NCBI GenBank assembly: GCA_034530875.2
Contig: JAVRCJ020000004.1
Span: forward strand, 96,001-160,000
Reading direction: 5' to 3'
Source: Nostoc sp. DedSLP01
GTDB taxonomy: Bacteria > Cyanobacteriota > Cyanobacteriia > Cyanobacteriales > Nostocaceae
Length of the DNA stretch: 64,000 nucleotides
How positions within the stretch are numbered: position 1 is the stretch's first letter; the number at the start of each line of letters is the position of its first letter. The translations under genes were made by a program, and so were the position numbers. The notes under the pieces were generated by a model. The model had not been told where the DNA came from. It was given only the letters and a program-made list of their open reading frames with translations, and did not search any database. This document shows, one piece after another, positions 1 to 11,034 of this stretch.

Positions 1-31
1 GTGAGGAAGCCAACACCAAAGCTATTTCTAG

Positions 32-49
32 CTTAAGTTGACACGTATG
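32..49. mobile_element. Right terminal inverted repeat of a MITE/IS that extends off the left edge of the window
   Basis: CTTAAGTTGACACGTATG matches the TIR family of the element at 12386-12578 (CATTGGTGTCAACTTAAG / CTGAAGTTGACAGCAATG). It is likewise followed by CACAGCT. Confidence 0.65.
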
Positions 50-189
50 CACAGCTAGCTGTGAGCTAAATTCATTACAGGAACTTAAAATTTAACAATG
101 AAAATTTAAAAATATCTGCGAATAAATACAAAATCTGTATCACAGGATTCTAATTTAGGTAACGTTCGGAGTTACAATCCCACAATTGC

Positions 190-1482
190 ATGAAATTGTG
201 GTTAAAGCTACAAAAATTGTCACAACAACGAACTGATACCGTCTTTCCAGCCTCCGTCTTCCGACTAGACAGTGGCTTAACGTTTATTCATCAAGAAATT
301 CCCACTACTCCTGTAGTTGTGGCGGATGTTTGGGTGCGCGCTGGGGCAACCCGAGAGCCAGAACCGTGGTTCGGTATGGCGCACTTTTTAGAACACATGA
401 TTTTTAAAGGTACGGCAACACTACCCCCTGGAATGTTCGACCAAAACGTTGAAAACCAAGGTGGCGTTAGTAACGCGGCAACAAGCTATGATTACGCTCA
501 TTATTCAGTAACTACAGCTGCGCCTTATCTGCAAGATACTTTGCCGCACTTGGGAGAACTACTAGTGAATGCGGCAATTCCAGAAGATGAATTTAGCCGG
601 GAACGAGACGTAGTATTAGAGGAAATCCGTTCGTGCAATGACGATTCTGACTGGATAGGATTCCAAGCTTTAATTAGTAGCATCTATGAGCATCATCCTT
701 ACGGACGCTCAGTGCTGGGTACCGAGCAAGAACTAATGCAGCACTCGCCAGAAGCAATGCGTTGTTTTCACCGTGCCCACTACCAGCCGGAAAACATGAC
801 AGTAGTGATTGCGGGAGGTATAGCTCAAGAGCAAGCTTTAGACTTAGTAAATCGTTCATTTACTGATTTTGCCGAACCTGCTCATTGCCCGCAGTTTGAA
901 AAAGTGGCAAGCCCAATAATAACAGAAATTCGTCGTCAAGAACTGTATTTACCACGGATAGAGCAAGCGCGATTATTAATGGCGTGGCTCGTACCAGGAG
1001 TAGAAGAAATTCATACTGCTTATGGCTTAGATTTATTATCAGTGTTATTAGCAGAAGGTCGAACTTCGCGTTTAGTACGCAATTTACGCGAAGATTTGCA
1101 ATTAGTACAGGGAATTTGTAGTAATTTTTCTCTGCAACGAGAATCGAGTTTATTTACAATTACTGCTTGGTTGGAACCAGAAAATGTCGAAAAAGTTGAG
1201 TCCTTGATTTGCGATTGTTTAGATAAGTTACAAACTCAGGAAATTAGTCAACAAGAACTCGGCCGTTCCCGCAGGCTACTATGTAATGAGTATGCCTTTT
1301 CTACCGAAACGCCAAATCAACTCACAGGGCTTTATGGATATTACAATACAATTGCCCAAGCCGAATTAGCTGTGACATACCCCCAAGAAATTCAATCTTT
1401 TGATGCCCAAGAACTGCAAAAATTAGCTCAACAGTATCTCTCCCCGCAAAATTATGCGGTTACTGTACTTAGACCATGTTAG
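190..1482 (+). CDS. M16 family zinc metallopeptidase, catalytic subunit
   Basis: Inverted zinc-binding motif HFLEH, NAATS motif, RE-x-x-VVLEE. True start may lie slightly downstream. Confidence 0.93.
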   Translation: MKLWLKLQKLSQQRTDTVFPASVFRLDSGLTFIHQEIPTTPVVVADVWVRAGATREPEPWFGMAHFLEHMIFKGTATLPPGMFDQNVENQGGVSNAATSYDYAHYSVTTAAPYLQDTLPHLGELLVNAAIPEDEFSRERDVVLEEIRSCNDDSDWIGFQALISSIYEHHPYGRSVLGTEQELMQHSPEAMRCFHRAHYQPENMTVVIAGGIAQEQALDLVNRSFTDFAEPAHCPQFEKVASPIITEIRRQELYLPRIEQARLLMAWLVPGVEEIHTAYGLDLLSVLLAEGRTSRLVRNLREDLQLVQGICSNFSLQRESSLFTITAWLEPENVEKVESLICDCLDKLQTQEISQQELGRSRRLLCNEYAFSTETPNQLTGLYGYYNTIAQAELAVTYPQEIQSFDAQELQKLAQQYLSPQNYAVTVLRPC

Positions 1483-1593
1483 GTATGGGGTATGGGGGAT
1501 AAAGGGCAGGGGAAAAGGGCAAAGGGGAAGATTCCTCCTTTACCCTTTTCCCTACCCCAAGGGTTTTGACTAATGACTAAGGACTAATGACAA
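1483..1593. repeat. STRR-type heptamer repeats (GGGTATG, AAAGGG(C/G), TGACTAA)
   Basis: Short tandem heptamers typical of heterocystous cyanobacteria, visible in the intergenic sequence. Confidence 0.75.
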
Positions 1594-2874
1594 ATGACAA
1601 CCTTGCTGCAAAAATCGCCTATCTATCGCACTGTATTAAATAATGGCATTGTCGTGTTAGTGGCAGAAAACCCGGCTGCGGATATTATTGCAGCGCGGAT
1701 TTTTGTGCGTGCTGGTAGTTGTCACGAAAGCCAAGAACAAGCAGGGTTGGCACATTTGTTATCAGCAGTAATGACGAAGGGATGCGATGGACTTTCTAGC
1801 TTGGAAATTGCTGAAAAAGTTGAGTCTGTCGGGGCGAGTTTGAGTGCAGATGCGGGCACTGATTATTTTTTACTATCTTTCAAGACGGTAACATCGGATT
1901 TTGCAGAAATATTAACATTGGCAGGGTTGATGTTGCGATCGCCAACTTTCCCAGAAGTCCAAGTGGAACTAGAACGGCGTCTAGCATTACAAGATATTCG
2001 TTCGCAAAAAGAGCAACCCTTCACTGTCGCCTTTGAACAAATGCGGCAGGCAATGTACCAAAATCATCCATATTCGATGTCGATATTGGGAGATGAAACA
2101 ACTATGAGCCGCTTAACTCGTGCGGACTTAGTGGACTATCATCAAACTTATTTCCGTCCAGATAATTTGGTAATTAGTATTGCCGGCCGAGTCACACCCA
2201 CAGATGCAGTAGCATTGGTAAGAGAAGTTTTTGGTGATTGGCAAATTCCACCACAAGCACTCCCAGTTCTCAATTTACCTGAGATTAAAGTCGAACCCCA
2301 GGTAAAGCTGAAGCCACAACAAACTCAACAATCAATTGTCATGCTGGGCTATTTGGGCGCATCGGTGAGTTCTCCTGACTACGCCCCATTGAAGTTGCTG
2401 TGTACCTACTTGGGAAATGGGCTTTCTAGCCGCTTGTTTGTGGAATTGCGCGAAAAGCGAGGTTTAGCTTACGAAGTATCTGCTTTTTACTCAACCAGGC
2501 TATACCCAGCTTCGTTTGTGGTTTACATGGGTACAGCACCAGAGAATACCAGCATAGCCATAGAAGGACTGCGCACAGAAGTAGATTTATTATCTAGCAC
2601 AGAAGTATCCCCAAGCGCCCTGCAAGCTGCTAAAAACAAGATTCTGGGGCAATATGCTTTGGGCAAACAAACAAACGGACAAATTGCTCAAATATACGGT
2701 TGGTATGAGATTTTGGGCTTAGGAATTGATTTTGATACTAAGTTCCAAGAACTAATCGCTGCTGTAGATGCCAAAGACGCCATCGCGGTAGCTTCCAAGT
2801 ATTTACAGGAACCTTACGTGTCTTTAGTTGGTCAAGAAGCAGCAATTAATGGAGCGATCGCAAAAGGTATATAA
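1594..2874 (+). CDS. M16 family peptidase, non-catalytic partner subunit
   Basis: M16 fold motifs (SRLFVELREKRGLAY) but HxxEH is replaced by HLLSA; lies in tandem with the catalytic subunit. Confidence 0.9.
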   Translation: MTTLLQKSPIYRTVLNNGIVVLVAENPAADIIAARIFVRAGSCHESQEQAGLAHLLSAVMTKGCDGLSSLEIAEKVESVGASLSADAGTDYFLLSFKTVTSDFAEILTLAGLMLRSPTFPEVQVELERRLALQDIRSQKEQPFTVAFEQMRQAMYQNHPYSMSILGDETTMSRLTRADLVDYHQTYFRPDNLVISIAGRVTPTDAVALVREVFGDWQIPPQALPVLNLPEIKVEPQVKLKPQQTQQSIVMLGYLGASVSSPDYAPLKLLCTYLGNGLSSRLFVELREKRGLAYEVSAFYSTRLYPASFVVYMGTAPENTSIAIEGLRTEVDLLSSTEVSPSALQAAKNKILGQYALGKQTNGQIAQIYGWYEILGLGIDFDTKFQELIAAVDAKDAIAVASKYLQEPYVSLVGQEAAINGAIAKGI

Positions 2875-2888
2875 TCTGCACAGGCGTA

Positions 2889-3014
2889 ATACCAATTCAC
2901 TAAAATTTTGAAACAGATTCAAATCCAGAAGCCTTTGTCAAATATGGATTTCTTAATTTTGAATTTTGTTAGCGCAGCGTTAGCGAGTTTACGAGCGTCA
3001 TTTTGAATTGGTAT
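2889..3014. mobile_element. MITE-like element with an internal short dispersed repeat
   Basis: Terminal inverted repeats ATACCAATTCA / TGAATTGGTAT. Internal ATTTTGA repeats are interrupted by AGCGCAGCGTTAGCGAGTTTACGAGCGTC. Confidence 0.6.
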
Positions 3015-3103
3015 AACCTGCTGGATACATCGCTGTCTGTAGCAGCTGTTTTTTAGACCAAGCGGCTGTACCATTAGCATCAGAATATTTTGGAAGTAAA
3101 TCT

Positions 3104-4150
3104 ATGCAAAACAGCCTGACAGCAAGTATTTTGAGTTACTTAAAATTACTAGATCCAACTGTAAATCACTCTAGATTAAAAAAACCGCAAAAGAGTTCGC
3201 AGACACAGCAATCTAAGTCTTTATCAGCAATTAAAATACTACTGTTCTCCACTACACCTGTAGCAATTGCTTTCTCTGCCCTAGTATCAATTGCAGCCCC
3301 ACAAAAAATAGCCCAAGTAAATCCCGGAGATAGTATCAACCGTCCTACCTTAACAGTTGGTAGCCAAGGCGAACGCGTATCCGAACTTCAGGCAGCTTTG
3401 AAACTTTTGGGTTTTTATTCTGGTTTAGTAGATGGTATATACAGTGAAAATACAGCCAGTGCCGTTTCCCAATTTAAACAAGCAGCTGGCTTAAATCCAG
3501 ATGGCATCGTTGACGCGGCAACTTGGCAACGGCTTTTTCCTAAGGAACCTGGTGTAGCATCAACGGTTCCTTCATCCGGACAAGGATTTAACTCAGCTAC
3601 AAATTTTCCTGTTCCAACCCAGGCTAGCAATATCACCCAAGTTGCAAATCCCAAGCCTAACCCACCAAGACAAGCTGTAACGCAAGTTCCTACCAAACCC
3701 AACCCGCCAAAAAAATCTACAACTCAAAATACTACACAGGCCAAGCCACCAAAAAAAGCCACAACACAAGCTAGCGGCAGTCCCGAACCTAGACCTGCTA
3801 AACCGGGACAAGCTCAGAAAACACCAAAACGTACTACATCAAATACTAGAAATCAGCCAACCACACGCAGCAGGCAAACTACTAAAACTGAGTCAAATAC
3901 CAGTACTCAGCGAACCCCTGGCATTCAATACACCTCAGAAGGATTCCCAATTTTACGCTTAGGTTTACGTGGTTCGGAAGTTGTGAAGTTGCAACAACAA
4001 CTCAAAAAGCTTGGTTACTTAAAAGGCGATGTAGATGGAGACTTTGGCCCCACAACTGAGGAAGCTGTGAAAGCTTTACAAAAACGCTACGGTTTAGAAG
4101 CTGATGGCGTGGCTGGCGGGGCTACTTGGGAAATTCTTTCGCGGCGTTAG
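3104..4150 (+). CDS. Peptidoglycan-binding domain protein (two PG_binding_1 domains, P/T/K/Q-rich linker)
   Basis: Two repeats of V-x-x-LQ-x-x-LK-x-LG(F/Y)...DG-x-(Y/F)...T-x-x-AV...GL-x-x-DG...TW; hydrophobic N-terminal segment. Confidence 0.88.
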   Translation: MQNSLTASILSYLKLLDPTVNHSRLKKPQKSSQTQQSKSLSAIKILLFSTTPVAIAFSALVSIAAPQKIAQVNPGDSINRPTLTVGSQGERVSELQAALKLLGFYSGLVDGIYSENTASAVSQFKQAAGLNPDGIVDAATWQRLFPKEPGVASTVPSSGQGFNSATNFPVPTQASNITQVANPKPNPPRQAVTQVPTKPNPPKKSTTQNTTQAKPPKKATTQASGSPEPRPAKPGQAQKTPKRTTSNTRNQPTTRSRQTTKTESNTSTQRTPGIQYTSEGFPILRLGLRGSEVVKLQQQLKKLGYLKGDVDGDFGPTTEEAVKALQKRYGLEADGVAGGATWEILSRR

Positions 4151-4526
4151 GGAGTTCTAAATCATCAATTACTCAACTGTTGGGAGGTGAGGGAGTAAAT
4201 ACTTCCTTGTCCTCCTTGTTCGTGCATTAGCACAAATAATAAGTCTTTAACCGTAAATGTTATTAGTTGACTTAGGTACATCGTGCAATACGATAAAGAT
4301 ATTGGGATTAAAAGTATTTCTCTATGCCAGCAGATGAATTGACAAAAGCAGCGATCGCTAACCTTATTGAAATACAAAATCTAAAATGGTATTAGACTGT
4401 TTTTGCACTGCCAAAACAAGGCGACTACTTGAGGAGTTCAGTACAACAACATCTAATCCTGTTACATATCGCAATGAACAAAAGTGAAATTAATTAAACT
4501 TAAGGTTAATTCTTCTAAAAAAGCTT

Positions 4527-4880
4527 ATGCGACACTTTTTATTCACTTGGCTCGGTACTGCCGTGGCATTATTAATTACTGCTAATATCGTTCCGGGATT
4601 TTCCATTAAGAGTTTTGTGGCGGCCTTGCTAGCTGCTATTATTATTGGTCTAGTTAACGCATTTATTAGACCGATTTTACGGATTTTAACCTTTCCGATC
4701 ACCTTGCTTACTTTTGGTTTATTCACATTAGTGATTAATGCCTTAACCCTTTGGTTAGCGAGTGCTCTAACTCCTGGTTCTGGTTTTGAGATTGAGGGAT
4801 TTATACCTGCTTTCTTTGGTTCAATTGTGCTAGCAATTGTTTCTAGCATAATTAACTATTTTTTGAGAGTTGTTGAATAG
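4527..4880 (+). CDS. Phage holin family (YvlD/DUF360) membrane protein
   Basis: Four hydrophobic segments; NAFIRPIL...FPITLLTFGLF...INAL signature. Confidence 0.88.
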   Translation: MRHFLFTWLGTAVALLITANIVPGFSIKSFVAALLAAIIIGLVNAFIRPILRILTFPITLLTFGLFTLVINALTLWLASALTPGSGFEIEGFIPAFFGSIVLAIVSSIINYFLRVVE

Positions 4881-5349
4881 AAAAATTAATAGAATTTGCA
4901 GCTTGGGCAACAGCTAGCGTTACGGCTCCTAGTTGCCCTTTTAATTGGAAAATTTGTTTGGGAACTAAGAATTTTACTCCTAATTCTTCTGTACCTATGA
5001 AGAGAGAATCAGTTAACAATGGTTTAATTTGAGTAGCTGCAAGTATCGCCGCTGCTTCTGCTATGCTGGGCGTACCTACTGTTTGGTCGCTAATGATGCT
5101 AGGGTTAGAAACCGAGACACAGCGAAGAACTTCTCTAGAAAAAAACTTGAGGGGCAAATTTCGTAAATTGCAAAATTCTACCAAGCCAACTTCCGAGGCT
5201 TTAGTATCGATGGTAGCAATACCCGCGATCGCATTTTGAGAAAGTTGATTTTCTCGAAACACTTGCTCAATTGCTAAATCGATTAACTGCGATGAAGTTC
5301 CTCGTTTACAACCAATTCCTACCCATAAAATCTGTTGCCCTTGGTGCAT
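4852..5349 (-). CDS. Cobalamin biosynthesis CbiG C-terminal domain protein
   Basis: WVGIGCKRG, IATIDTKASE and GTPSIAEAAA motifs. Confidence 0.85.
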   Translation of the reverse strand: MHQGQQILWVGIGCKRGTSSQLIDLAIEQVFRENQLSQNAIAGIATIDTKASEVGLVEFCNLRNLPLKFFSREVLRCVSVSNPSIISDQTVGTPSIAEAAAILAATQIKPLLTDSLFIGTEELGVKFLVPKQIFQLKGQLGAVTLAVAQAANSINFSIQQLSKNS

Positions 5350-5370
5350 TTGCTAATTCAGTTTGTGTTT

Positions 5371-5934
5371 TTACTCCAAAAGCCAACCAAATAAATCTCC
5401 CACCGTCAGGTGCAACTCACTTGCAAAATCTGGTACAGGAATTAAAGCTTCTAACTCATCCAACATAACTGGCTGTTTATTGCGTATGTACACAAACACC
5501 GTTTGTTCTTCTGGGTCAATCAGCCAGCCCATTTGTGTTTCGTAATTCAGGCAATGTAAAATATTTTTTGTAACTTTGGTTTGTTTTTGGTCTGGTGATA
5601 GAATTTCGATAGTCCAATCCGTAGCCGCTTGGAAAACATTCGCAACTTGGCCATTTTCATCGCGAGGAATTTTCTCCCGAGTAAATACCGCCACATCTGG
5701 GACAATCGATCTGCCACCAAATGTACACCGCAGTTCTGGAAAAGCACGAGCGATTTTCTTGGGCTTCAGGCTTAAGTTAATGGTGCTAACCATTTCACCT
5801 TGAATTATACTGTGCTTTCCCTGTGGCATAGGTTTTTGAATAATTTGACCATCAATGTATTCACTAGCAGGTTTTGTTTCTGGTAGCATCAGAAACTCTT
5901 CTAAAGTTATATTTTTTGATGGTGTTCTTACCAT
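5371..5934 (-). CDS. Uma2 family (DUF820) PD-(D/E)xK endonuclease-like protein
   Basis: LPETKPASEY, VPDVAV, DWTIEILSP and GWLIDP motifs. Confidence 0.92.
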   Translation of the reverse strand: MVRTPSKNITLEEFLMLPETKPASEYIDGQIIQKPMPQGKHSIIQGEMVSTINLSLKPKKIARAFPELRCTFGGRSIVPDVAVFTREKIPRDENGQVANVFQAATDWTIEILSPDQKQTKVTKNILHCLNYETQMGWLIDPEEQTVFVYIRNKQPVMLDELEALIPVPDFASELHLTVGDLFGWLLE

Positions 5935-6075
5935 TTACGAACCTCCAACAAAATACTATTTTACAAGTCTATCAATACCCATCTAATAATTGTAAATACG
6001 CAAAGGACGCACAAGAAAAATTAGCTTCAGTTAAACTTTTATTACTGTGCTTACCTTTGCGTCTATAAAAACAGA

Positions 6076-7839
6076 TTACATTCTTTCCAATACCTGAATT
6101 CCTAACAAAGACAATCCTAACTTCAGTGTTCTAGCAGTCAAATCACACAGAATCAACCTAGATGTTCGCTGTGGTTCTTCGGCATCCAGTACCCGAACTC
6201 CTCGATCGCGATCGTAAAACTGATTGAATTTTTTACTCAGTTCGTACAAATATTCGCACAAACGATGAGGCAATAAATCTTGCTCTAGAGTATTAATAAC
6301 TTCATCGAGTTGCAGTAAATATTTTGCCAAGGTTAATTCGGTTTCATGCTCTAAAACAACGGCATGATTTCCTAATTCTTGAAAGTTAATATTACCCTTA
6401 CGGCTAATGCCTTGAATCCGGGCATAAGCATATAGCATATAGGGCGCAGTATTACCTTTAAGATCCAGCATTTTATCGTAGCTGAAAATGTAGTTACTAG
6501 TGCGGTTTTGGCTTAAATCTGCATACTTAACTGCACTAAGTCCAACTACCTTGGCAACTTCATTAATGAATTCTTCAGTTTCTTGGCGTCCTTCTTCTTG
6601 TAATCTAGCTATTAAGTCTGCATGGGCACGAGCGATCGCTTCATCTAACAAATCCCGTAACCGTACGCTGTCCCCAAAACGAGTTTTGATTCTTTTACCA
6701 TCTTCTCCTAACACCAACCCAAAAGGCACATGCACTAATTCCACATCATCGGGAATCCATCCCGCTTTGCGTGCCACTTGGAAAAATTGGGCAAAATGGT
6801 TTGCTTGTCCAGCATCCGTTACATAAATTAACCGCTTTCCTTCATCCTGCTGAATCCGGTAACGGACAGATGCTAAATCTGTAGTGGCGTAGTTATAACC
6901 GCCATCTGATTTCTGCACAATTAAAGGTAAAGGTTCGCCCTCTCTATTTGTAAAGCCTTCCAGAAAAACGCATTTTGCCCCTTGATTTTCTACCAGCAAG
7001 CCAGATTTTTCTAAATCTTCCACTACTGTTGGTAGTAAAGGGTTATAGAAAGATTCTCCGCGTTCGATTAACTTAACATCCAACAGATCGTAAATTACTT
7101 GAAACTCCCGCCGTGACTGTTCGCACAGCAACTTCCACGCGTGGAGTGTATCTTCGGCACCTGCTTGTAACCTAACAACTTCTTGGCGTGCTGTTTCTTG
7201 AAAAGCTTCATCTGCATCAAACCGCTGTTTGGCTTGGCGGTAAAAAGTAACTAAATCGCCGATATCTAAAGCATTAGCAGTAGTCAGGGCTTGGGGGTGG
7301 GCTTCCCGCAGATAGGCGATTAACATGCCAAATTGCGTACCCCAATCACCTACGTGATTTAAGCGTAGGACATCGTGTCCTTGAAATTCGAGAACGCGGG
7401 CGATCGCATCGCCTATGATTGTAGAACGCAAGTGTCCGACGTGCATTTCTTTAGCAATATTCGGACTGGAAAAATCCACAATTTCCCGCTGTGGAGTTTT
7501 CGCAGTTGGAATTCCTAGTCTGGGATCTGCTTGAATAGCGTTCAGTTGTGCTTCTAGGTATGCTGTTTTCAGTTTCAGATTGATAAATCCCGGCCCCGCG
7601 ATTTCTGGCGGTTCGCAGATTTGGGATATATCTAATTTCTCAACTATGGCAGATGCAATTAATCTTGGTTGCTTGCCTAACTTTTTACTCAGGGATAAAG
7701 CCACATTTGCCTGATAATCACCAAATTTAGGATTACTAGCAGGAACCAAAATCGGATCTATTCCAGCGAAGTCAGCGCCAAAAGCCGCAACTATTGCCTG
7801 CTCAAACTGAACTTTTAGTTTTTCTTGTGTAGGGTTCAT
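6076..7839 (-). CDS. argS: Arginine--tRNA ligase
   Basis: [31 protein letters not shown] (HIGH-like), [11 protein letters not shown] and [14 protein letters not shown] motifs. Confidence 0.98.
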   Translation of the reverse strand: MNPTQEKLKVQFEQAIVAAFGADFAGIDPILVPASNPKFGDYQANVALSLSKKLGKQPRLIASAIVEKLDISQICEPPEIAGPGFINLKLKTAYLEAQLNAIQADPRLGIPTAKTPQREIVDFSSPNIAKEMHVGHLRSTIIGDAIARVLEFQGHDVLRLNHVGDWGTQFGMLIAYLREAHPQALTTANALDIGDLVTFYRQAKQRFDADEAFQETARQEVVRLQAGAEDTLHAWKLLCEQSRREFQVIYDLLDVKLIERGESFYNPLLPTVVEDLEKSGLLVENQGAKCVFLEGFTNREGEPLPLIVQKSDGGYNYATTDLASVRYRIQQDEGKRLIYVTDAGQANHFAQFFQVARKAGWIPDDVELVHVPFGLVLGEDGKRIKTRFGDSVRLRDLLDEAIARAHADLIARLQEEGRQETEEFINEVAKVVGLSAVKYADLSQNRTSNYIFSYDKMLDLKGNTAPYMLYAYARIQGISRKGNINFQELGNHAVVLEHETELTLAKYLLQLDEVINTLEQDLLPHRLCEYLYELSKKFNQFYDRDRGVRVLDAEEPQRTSRLILCDLTARTLKLGLSLLGIQVLERM

Positions 7840-8515
7840 ATATAAATTTTATCTGCGAGAAGGGATGTAGCCTTGGAAAAGCTTGATTATTTCACTCTAA
7901 AGTATATTCATCAAGTTCAAGCAAGGAATGTCCTGCCAAAGCACAACCCTGTAAATTGTCTCCTATCCTTGGCATAACTTCCAGATTGTGACGCTACCTC
8001 AGCTAGAGAACTGGTATTTGATTGCATAAAAAAATTTCTTTTGCCGCTTCCCTAGTCTGCACGCACGTATGGCGCTTATCTTGGGCTTCGTGCAACACGC
8101 TGTAGGAATTTAAAAATTCAAACTGATAACTATATTAACGTAAGTACGCAAATTGATTGTGTTTGTATAGCTGCAAATTCGATTTGCCAAGGCTGAATTT
8201 GATACCTGTGAGACTACTAACCTACAGACTTGCCTTGTTTCAATGAAAATCGCTAGAGATTTATGTTTTAACCTTTAACTCTGAAAATTCCACATCTGAT
8301 TTTCATAAAAAATATAAATTTTTCATGAGTTTTTAATTATATATAAGTTTAAATGCTCGGTGTTAATAACAGCGTAACGTCCGAGGTTTAATAGTTTTTT
8401 TCAGTAAAAATACTTTATTTGAAGAGTTATTTGAATATACGAAAAAATAGGAGAAATAAGATTGACTTCCTAAAAACATAACTGTTAAAAGTAAGAAACA
8501 GCGAAAGAGAGATAA

Positions 8516-9400
8516 GTGCTCAAAAGAGTATTATCTAAATTGTTTTCCCCATTAATGACTCTGAATATGAAACATACTTTTCTCACAGCTTTAATTGCTG
8601 CTACAGCTACTTTTACCGGATTAGTATCTAAAGTTGAAACTGCATCTGCTGCTGGTTTTAATTGGAATGACTCTTGGACTCAGCCAACAGTACTGAATAA
8701 GTCTCAAACTGGCTTTAATGACACTCCTTTCCAACAATTTGTTCAAGCAGAAAGTGTTGCTTTACCAAATAGCGGGCAATTTAAATTAGACCCAACTAAA
8801 TTAAACCTAAAATACGACCACAATGTTTCTGTTTACTTTATCAATGAAGGCGCTGGTTATAGAAACCAGCTAGCCTTTGAAGCCACAGGAACTACTAATA
8901 AGTCTGGGCTGCTTTTTAATGATATTTCTTGTGAAGGAAACGGGTGTGTTGGCGGTTGGGGTGGTAACGCACTCAAATTCGGTGATGGGGTCAATATTGG
9001 TAATGTTACCGCAGGTACTCAACTTGACTTGTGGTTAAGAGCTGATGGTCTCAACCGTGGTAACTCTGCCAATATTTTTGGTACGGATACTGCCTCAAAC
9101 GCTGACGGACTACAGCACGCAGTTGCTTATGCCTACAACAATTACATCTTACTGGCATTCGAGGATTTATACGGTGATTTACATGCTTCCGGCATAGATT
9201 CTGCAACTGGTAAATGGAACGAAGGTTCCGACCGTGACTTTAATGATGTTATCGTCGTTCTTGATGTCGGTGAAGCAAACGTTAAATCACTAATTGGTGC
9301 TACCGTTCCCGAGCCATCTGTTACTATGTCAATGTTTGCAGTGGGAGCAGTTAGTATGTTGAGTTTGCGCCGTCGCCGTCGGATGCGCGCTATTGACTAA
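8516..9400 (+). CDS. PEP-CTERM exported protein with DUF4114-like domain
   Basis: Signal peptide (likely ATG at 8567); FEDLYG...SDRDFND motif; C-terminal VPEP, hydrophobic helix and RRRRR. Confidence 0.88.
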   Translation: MLKRVLSKLFSPLMTLNMKHTFLTALIAATATFTGLVSKVETASAAGFNWNDSWTQPTVLNKSQTGFNDTPFQQFVQAESVALPNSGQFKLDPTKLNLKYDHNVSVYFINEGAGYRNQLAFEATGTTNKSGLLFNDISCEGNGCVGGWGGNALKFGDGVNIGNVTAGTQLDLWLRADGLNRGNSANIFGTDTASNADGLQHAVAYAYNNYILLAFEDLYGDLHASGIDSATGKWNEGSDRDFNDVIVVLDVGEANVKSLIGATVPEPSVTMSMFAVGAVSMLSLRRRRRMRAID

Positions 9401-9478
9401 AAAATTTTAGTAGCTTTTTTAAGTTTAGGTGCTTTTACTTTTTACTTCTCTTGGAAAATAACAAACGATCGCTAGCAT

Positions 9479-9504
9479 TTCACCCGTATAATTATACGGG
9501 TGAA
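9479..9504. terminator. Perfect 26-bp palindrome between convergent genes (putative bidirectional terminator)
   Basis: TTCACCCGTATAATTATACGGGTGAA. Confidence 0.55.
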
Positions 9505-9523
9505 TTTATCTATTTAGTATCTT

Positions 9524-10792
9524 CTACATACCGCGATCGCGTTCTAAATCTTCAATTACTTTTTGCAAATACCACTCATCTGACATCCCCGGATAATAAT
9601 CCTGTTTCTGTTCGATTAATCTTTCGGCGATTTCCCAATATCCCCCCACCATTCGCAAAAGTCGCTGACGTAGTAAGTTATAATTTTGTTTTTTGGGCTC
9701 TGGAGTAAATTTTTGAATTTGTTCTAGGTTATTTAAGACTTGTTGATAATTTCCCCAGTCTTCTTGTTCGCAAAAAATACTCGCCGCACGTTGATAATTC
9801 TCCACAGCATTTTGCATTTCTTCGATGCAAGAATAGGCGATGCCGCGATTGTAGTAGGCTTGAGCATCATTAGGATTAATTTGTAATGCTTGGGTGTAAT
9901 CTTGAATCGCACCGAGATAGTTGCCCATTGCTCGATAAGCATTACCTCTGGCAATATAAACTAAGGGATCTTCAGGTTGCATCTGGAGTGCTTGATTGAG
10001 ATCTGCGATCGCTCCTTGATGATCTCCCAATACAGAACGTGCTTTGCCGCGATTGCGATAGACAATGGCATCGTCAAAATTTAGTTTCAATGCTTGATTA
10101 AAATCTGCGATCGCTTCTCGATAATTCCCCATTTTACAGCGGACAACGCCACGACAGCAGTAGGCTTGGGCATCTTGAGGATCGGCTTTCAATATCCAGT
10201 TCAAATCTGCAAGCGCCTCTTGGGTATCTCCTTTTTCAGCCTTTTCTAATAATTGGGCGAAATATTCTTTTGTAGATAAAATCGGCGCGTTTGTAGAAGC
10301 CGATGGCTGTACGCTAGGCAATTCTTGGGGTTGTAGCTGTTTAATTTGTTCCAGGCACAGGCGACAATTCTCTTTGTCTTGCTGGTCTAGATATAAACTA
10401 GCGGCTCTTTTAAAGTTAGCGATCGCATCTTCAATATAACCCTGTTTGCGCCGGACTATTCCCCGCAGCTGATAAGCAGCAGCATAATTGGCATTGAAAC
10501 GAATAGCGCGTTCAACATCATCCAACGCACCGGGCAAATTTTTCAGCGCCAGCCTTGCTAATGCACGACAATAATATGCTTCTACACATTCAGGATTCAG
10601 CTTCAGTGCTTCAGTATAATCTGAGACAGCCTTTAAGATTACTCCTGAGTCGTAGTAGGCTAAACCCCGTTGCAAATAAGCTTCGGTAAAATAAGGGGTT
10701 AATTGTAAAGCATGGCTAAATTCCTCAATTGCGCCAGCGTAGTCTTTTCGTTTAGCCTTTTCCAATCCCCTATTGTAAAATTCATCATTCAT
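9524..10792 (-). CDS. Tetratricopeptide repeat protein
   Basis: Multiple AY-x-x-RG...GAI-x-D(Y/F)-x-x-AL TPR units. Confidence 0.92.
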   Translation of the reverse strand: MNDEFYNRGLEKAKRKDYAGAIEEFSHALQLTPYFTEAYLQRGLAYYDSGVILKAVSDYTEALKLNPECVEAYYCRALARLALKNLPGALDDVERAIRFNANYAAAYQLRGIVRRKQGYIEDAIANFKRAASLYLDQQDKENCRLCLEQIKQLQPQELPSVQPSASTNAPILSTKEYFAQLLEKAEKGDTQEALADLNWILKADPQDAQAYCCRGVVRCKMGNYREAIADFNQALKLNFDDAIVYRNRGKARSVLGDHQGAIADLNQALQMQPEDPLVYIARGNAYRAMGNYLGAIQDYTQALQINPNDAQAYYNRGIAYSCIEEMQNAVENYQRAASIFCEQEDWGNYQQVLNNLEQIQKFTPEPKKQNYNLLRQRLLRMVGGYWEIAERLIEQKQDYYPGMSDEWYLQKVIEDLERDRGM

Positions 10793-11034
10793 AGCGTTTG
10801 TTTGGTTAATTTAGTTAATTAAATTCCAATAGGCTTGCTTTTTAGCCTCACTTTGCTATTCACCATTGATATTCTAAGTATTCAACATAGTTTTGCTAGA
10901 TTTCGTAATTTTATGTGAAATAAAATAGACAGACATCTGTATTTTTCCCAAAATCTACCTAGAGATATTTTCTATTTAGAAGCTATTGCAATTAAGCTGA
11001 CAAAGAAACGCATAGCTTTTCTATATTTTGCTAT

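Noticed and set aside
4527..4880. Prophage lysis cassette (holin-family gene near a PG-binding protein)
   Set aside because: No phage structural or replication genes nearby; the PG-binding protein has no recognisable catalytic domain; DUF360 genes are common chromosomal genes.
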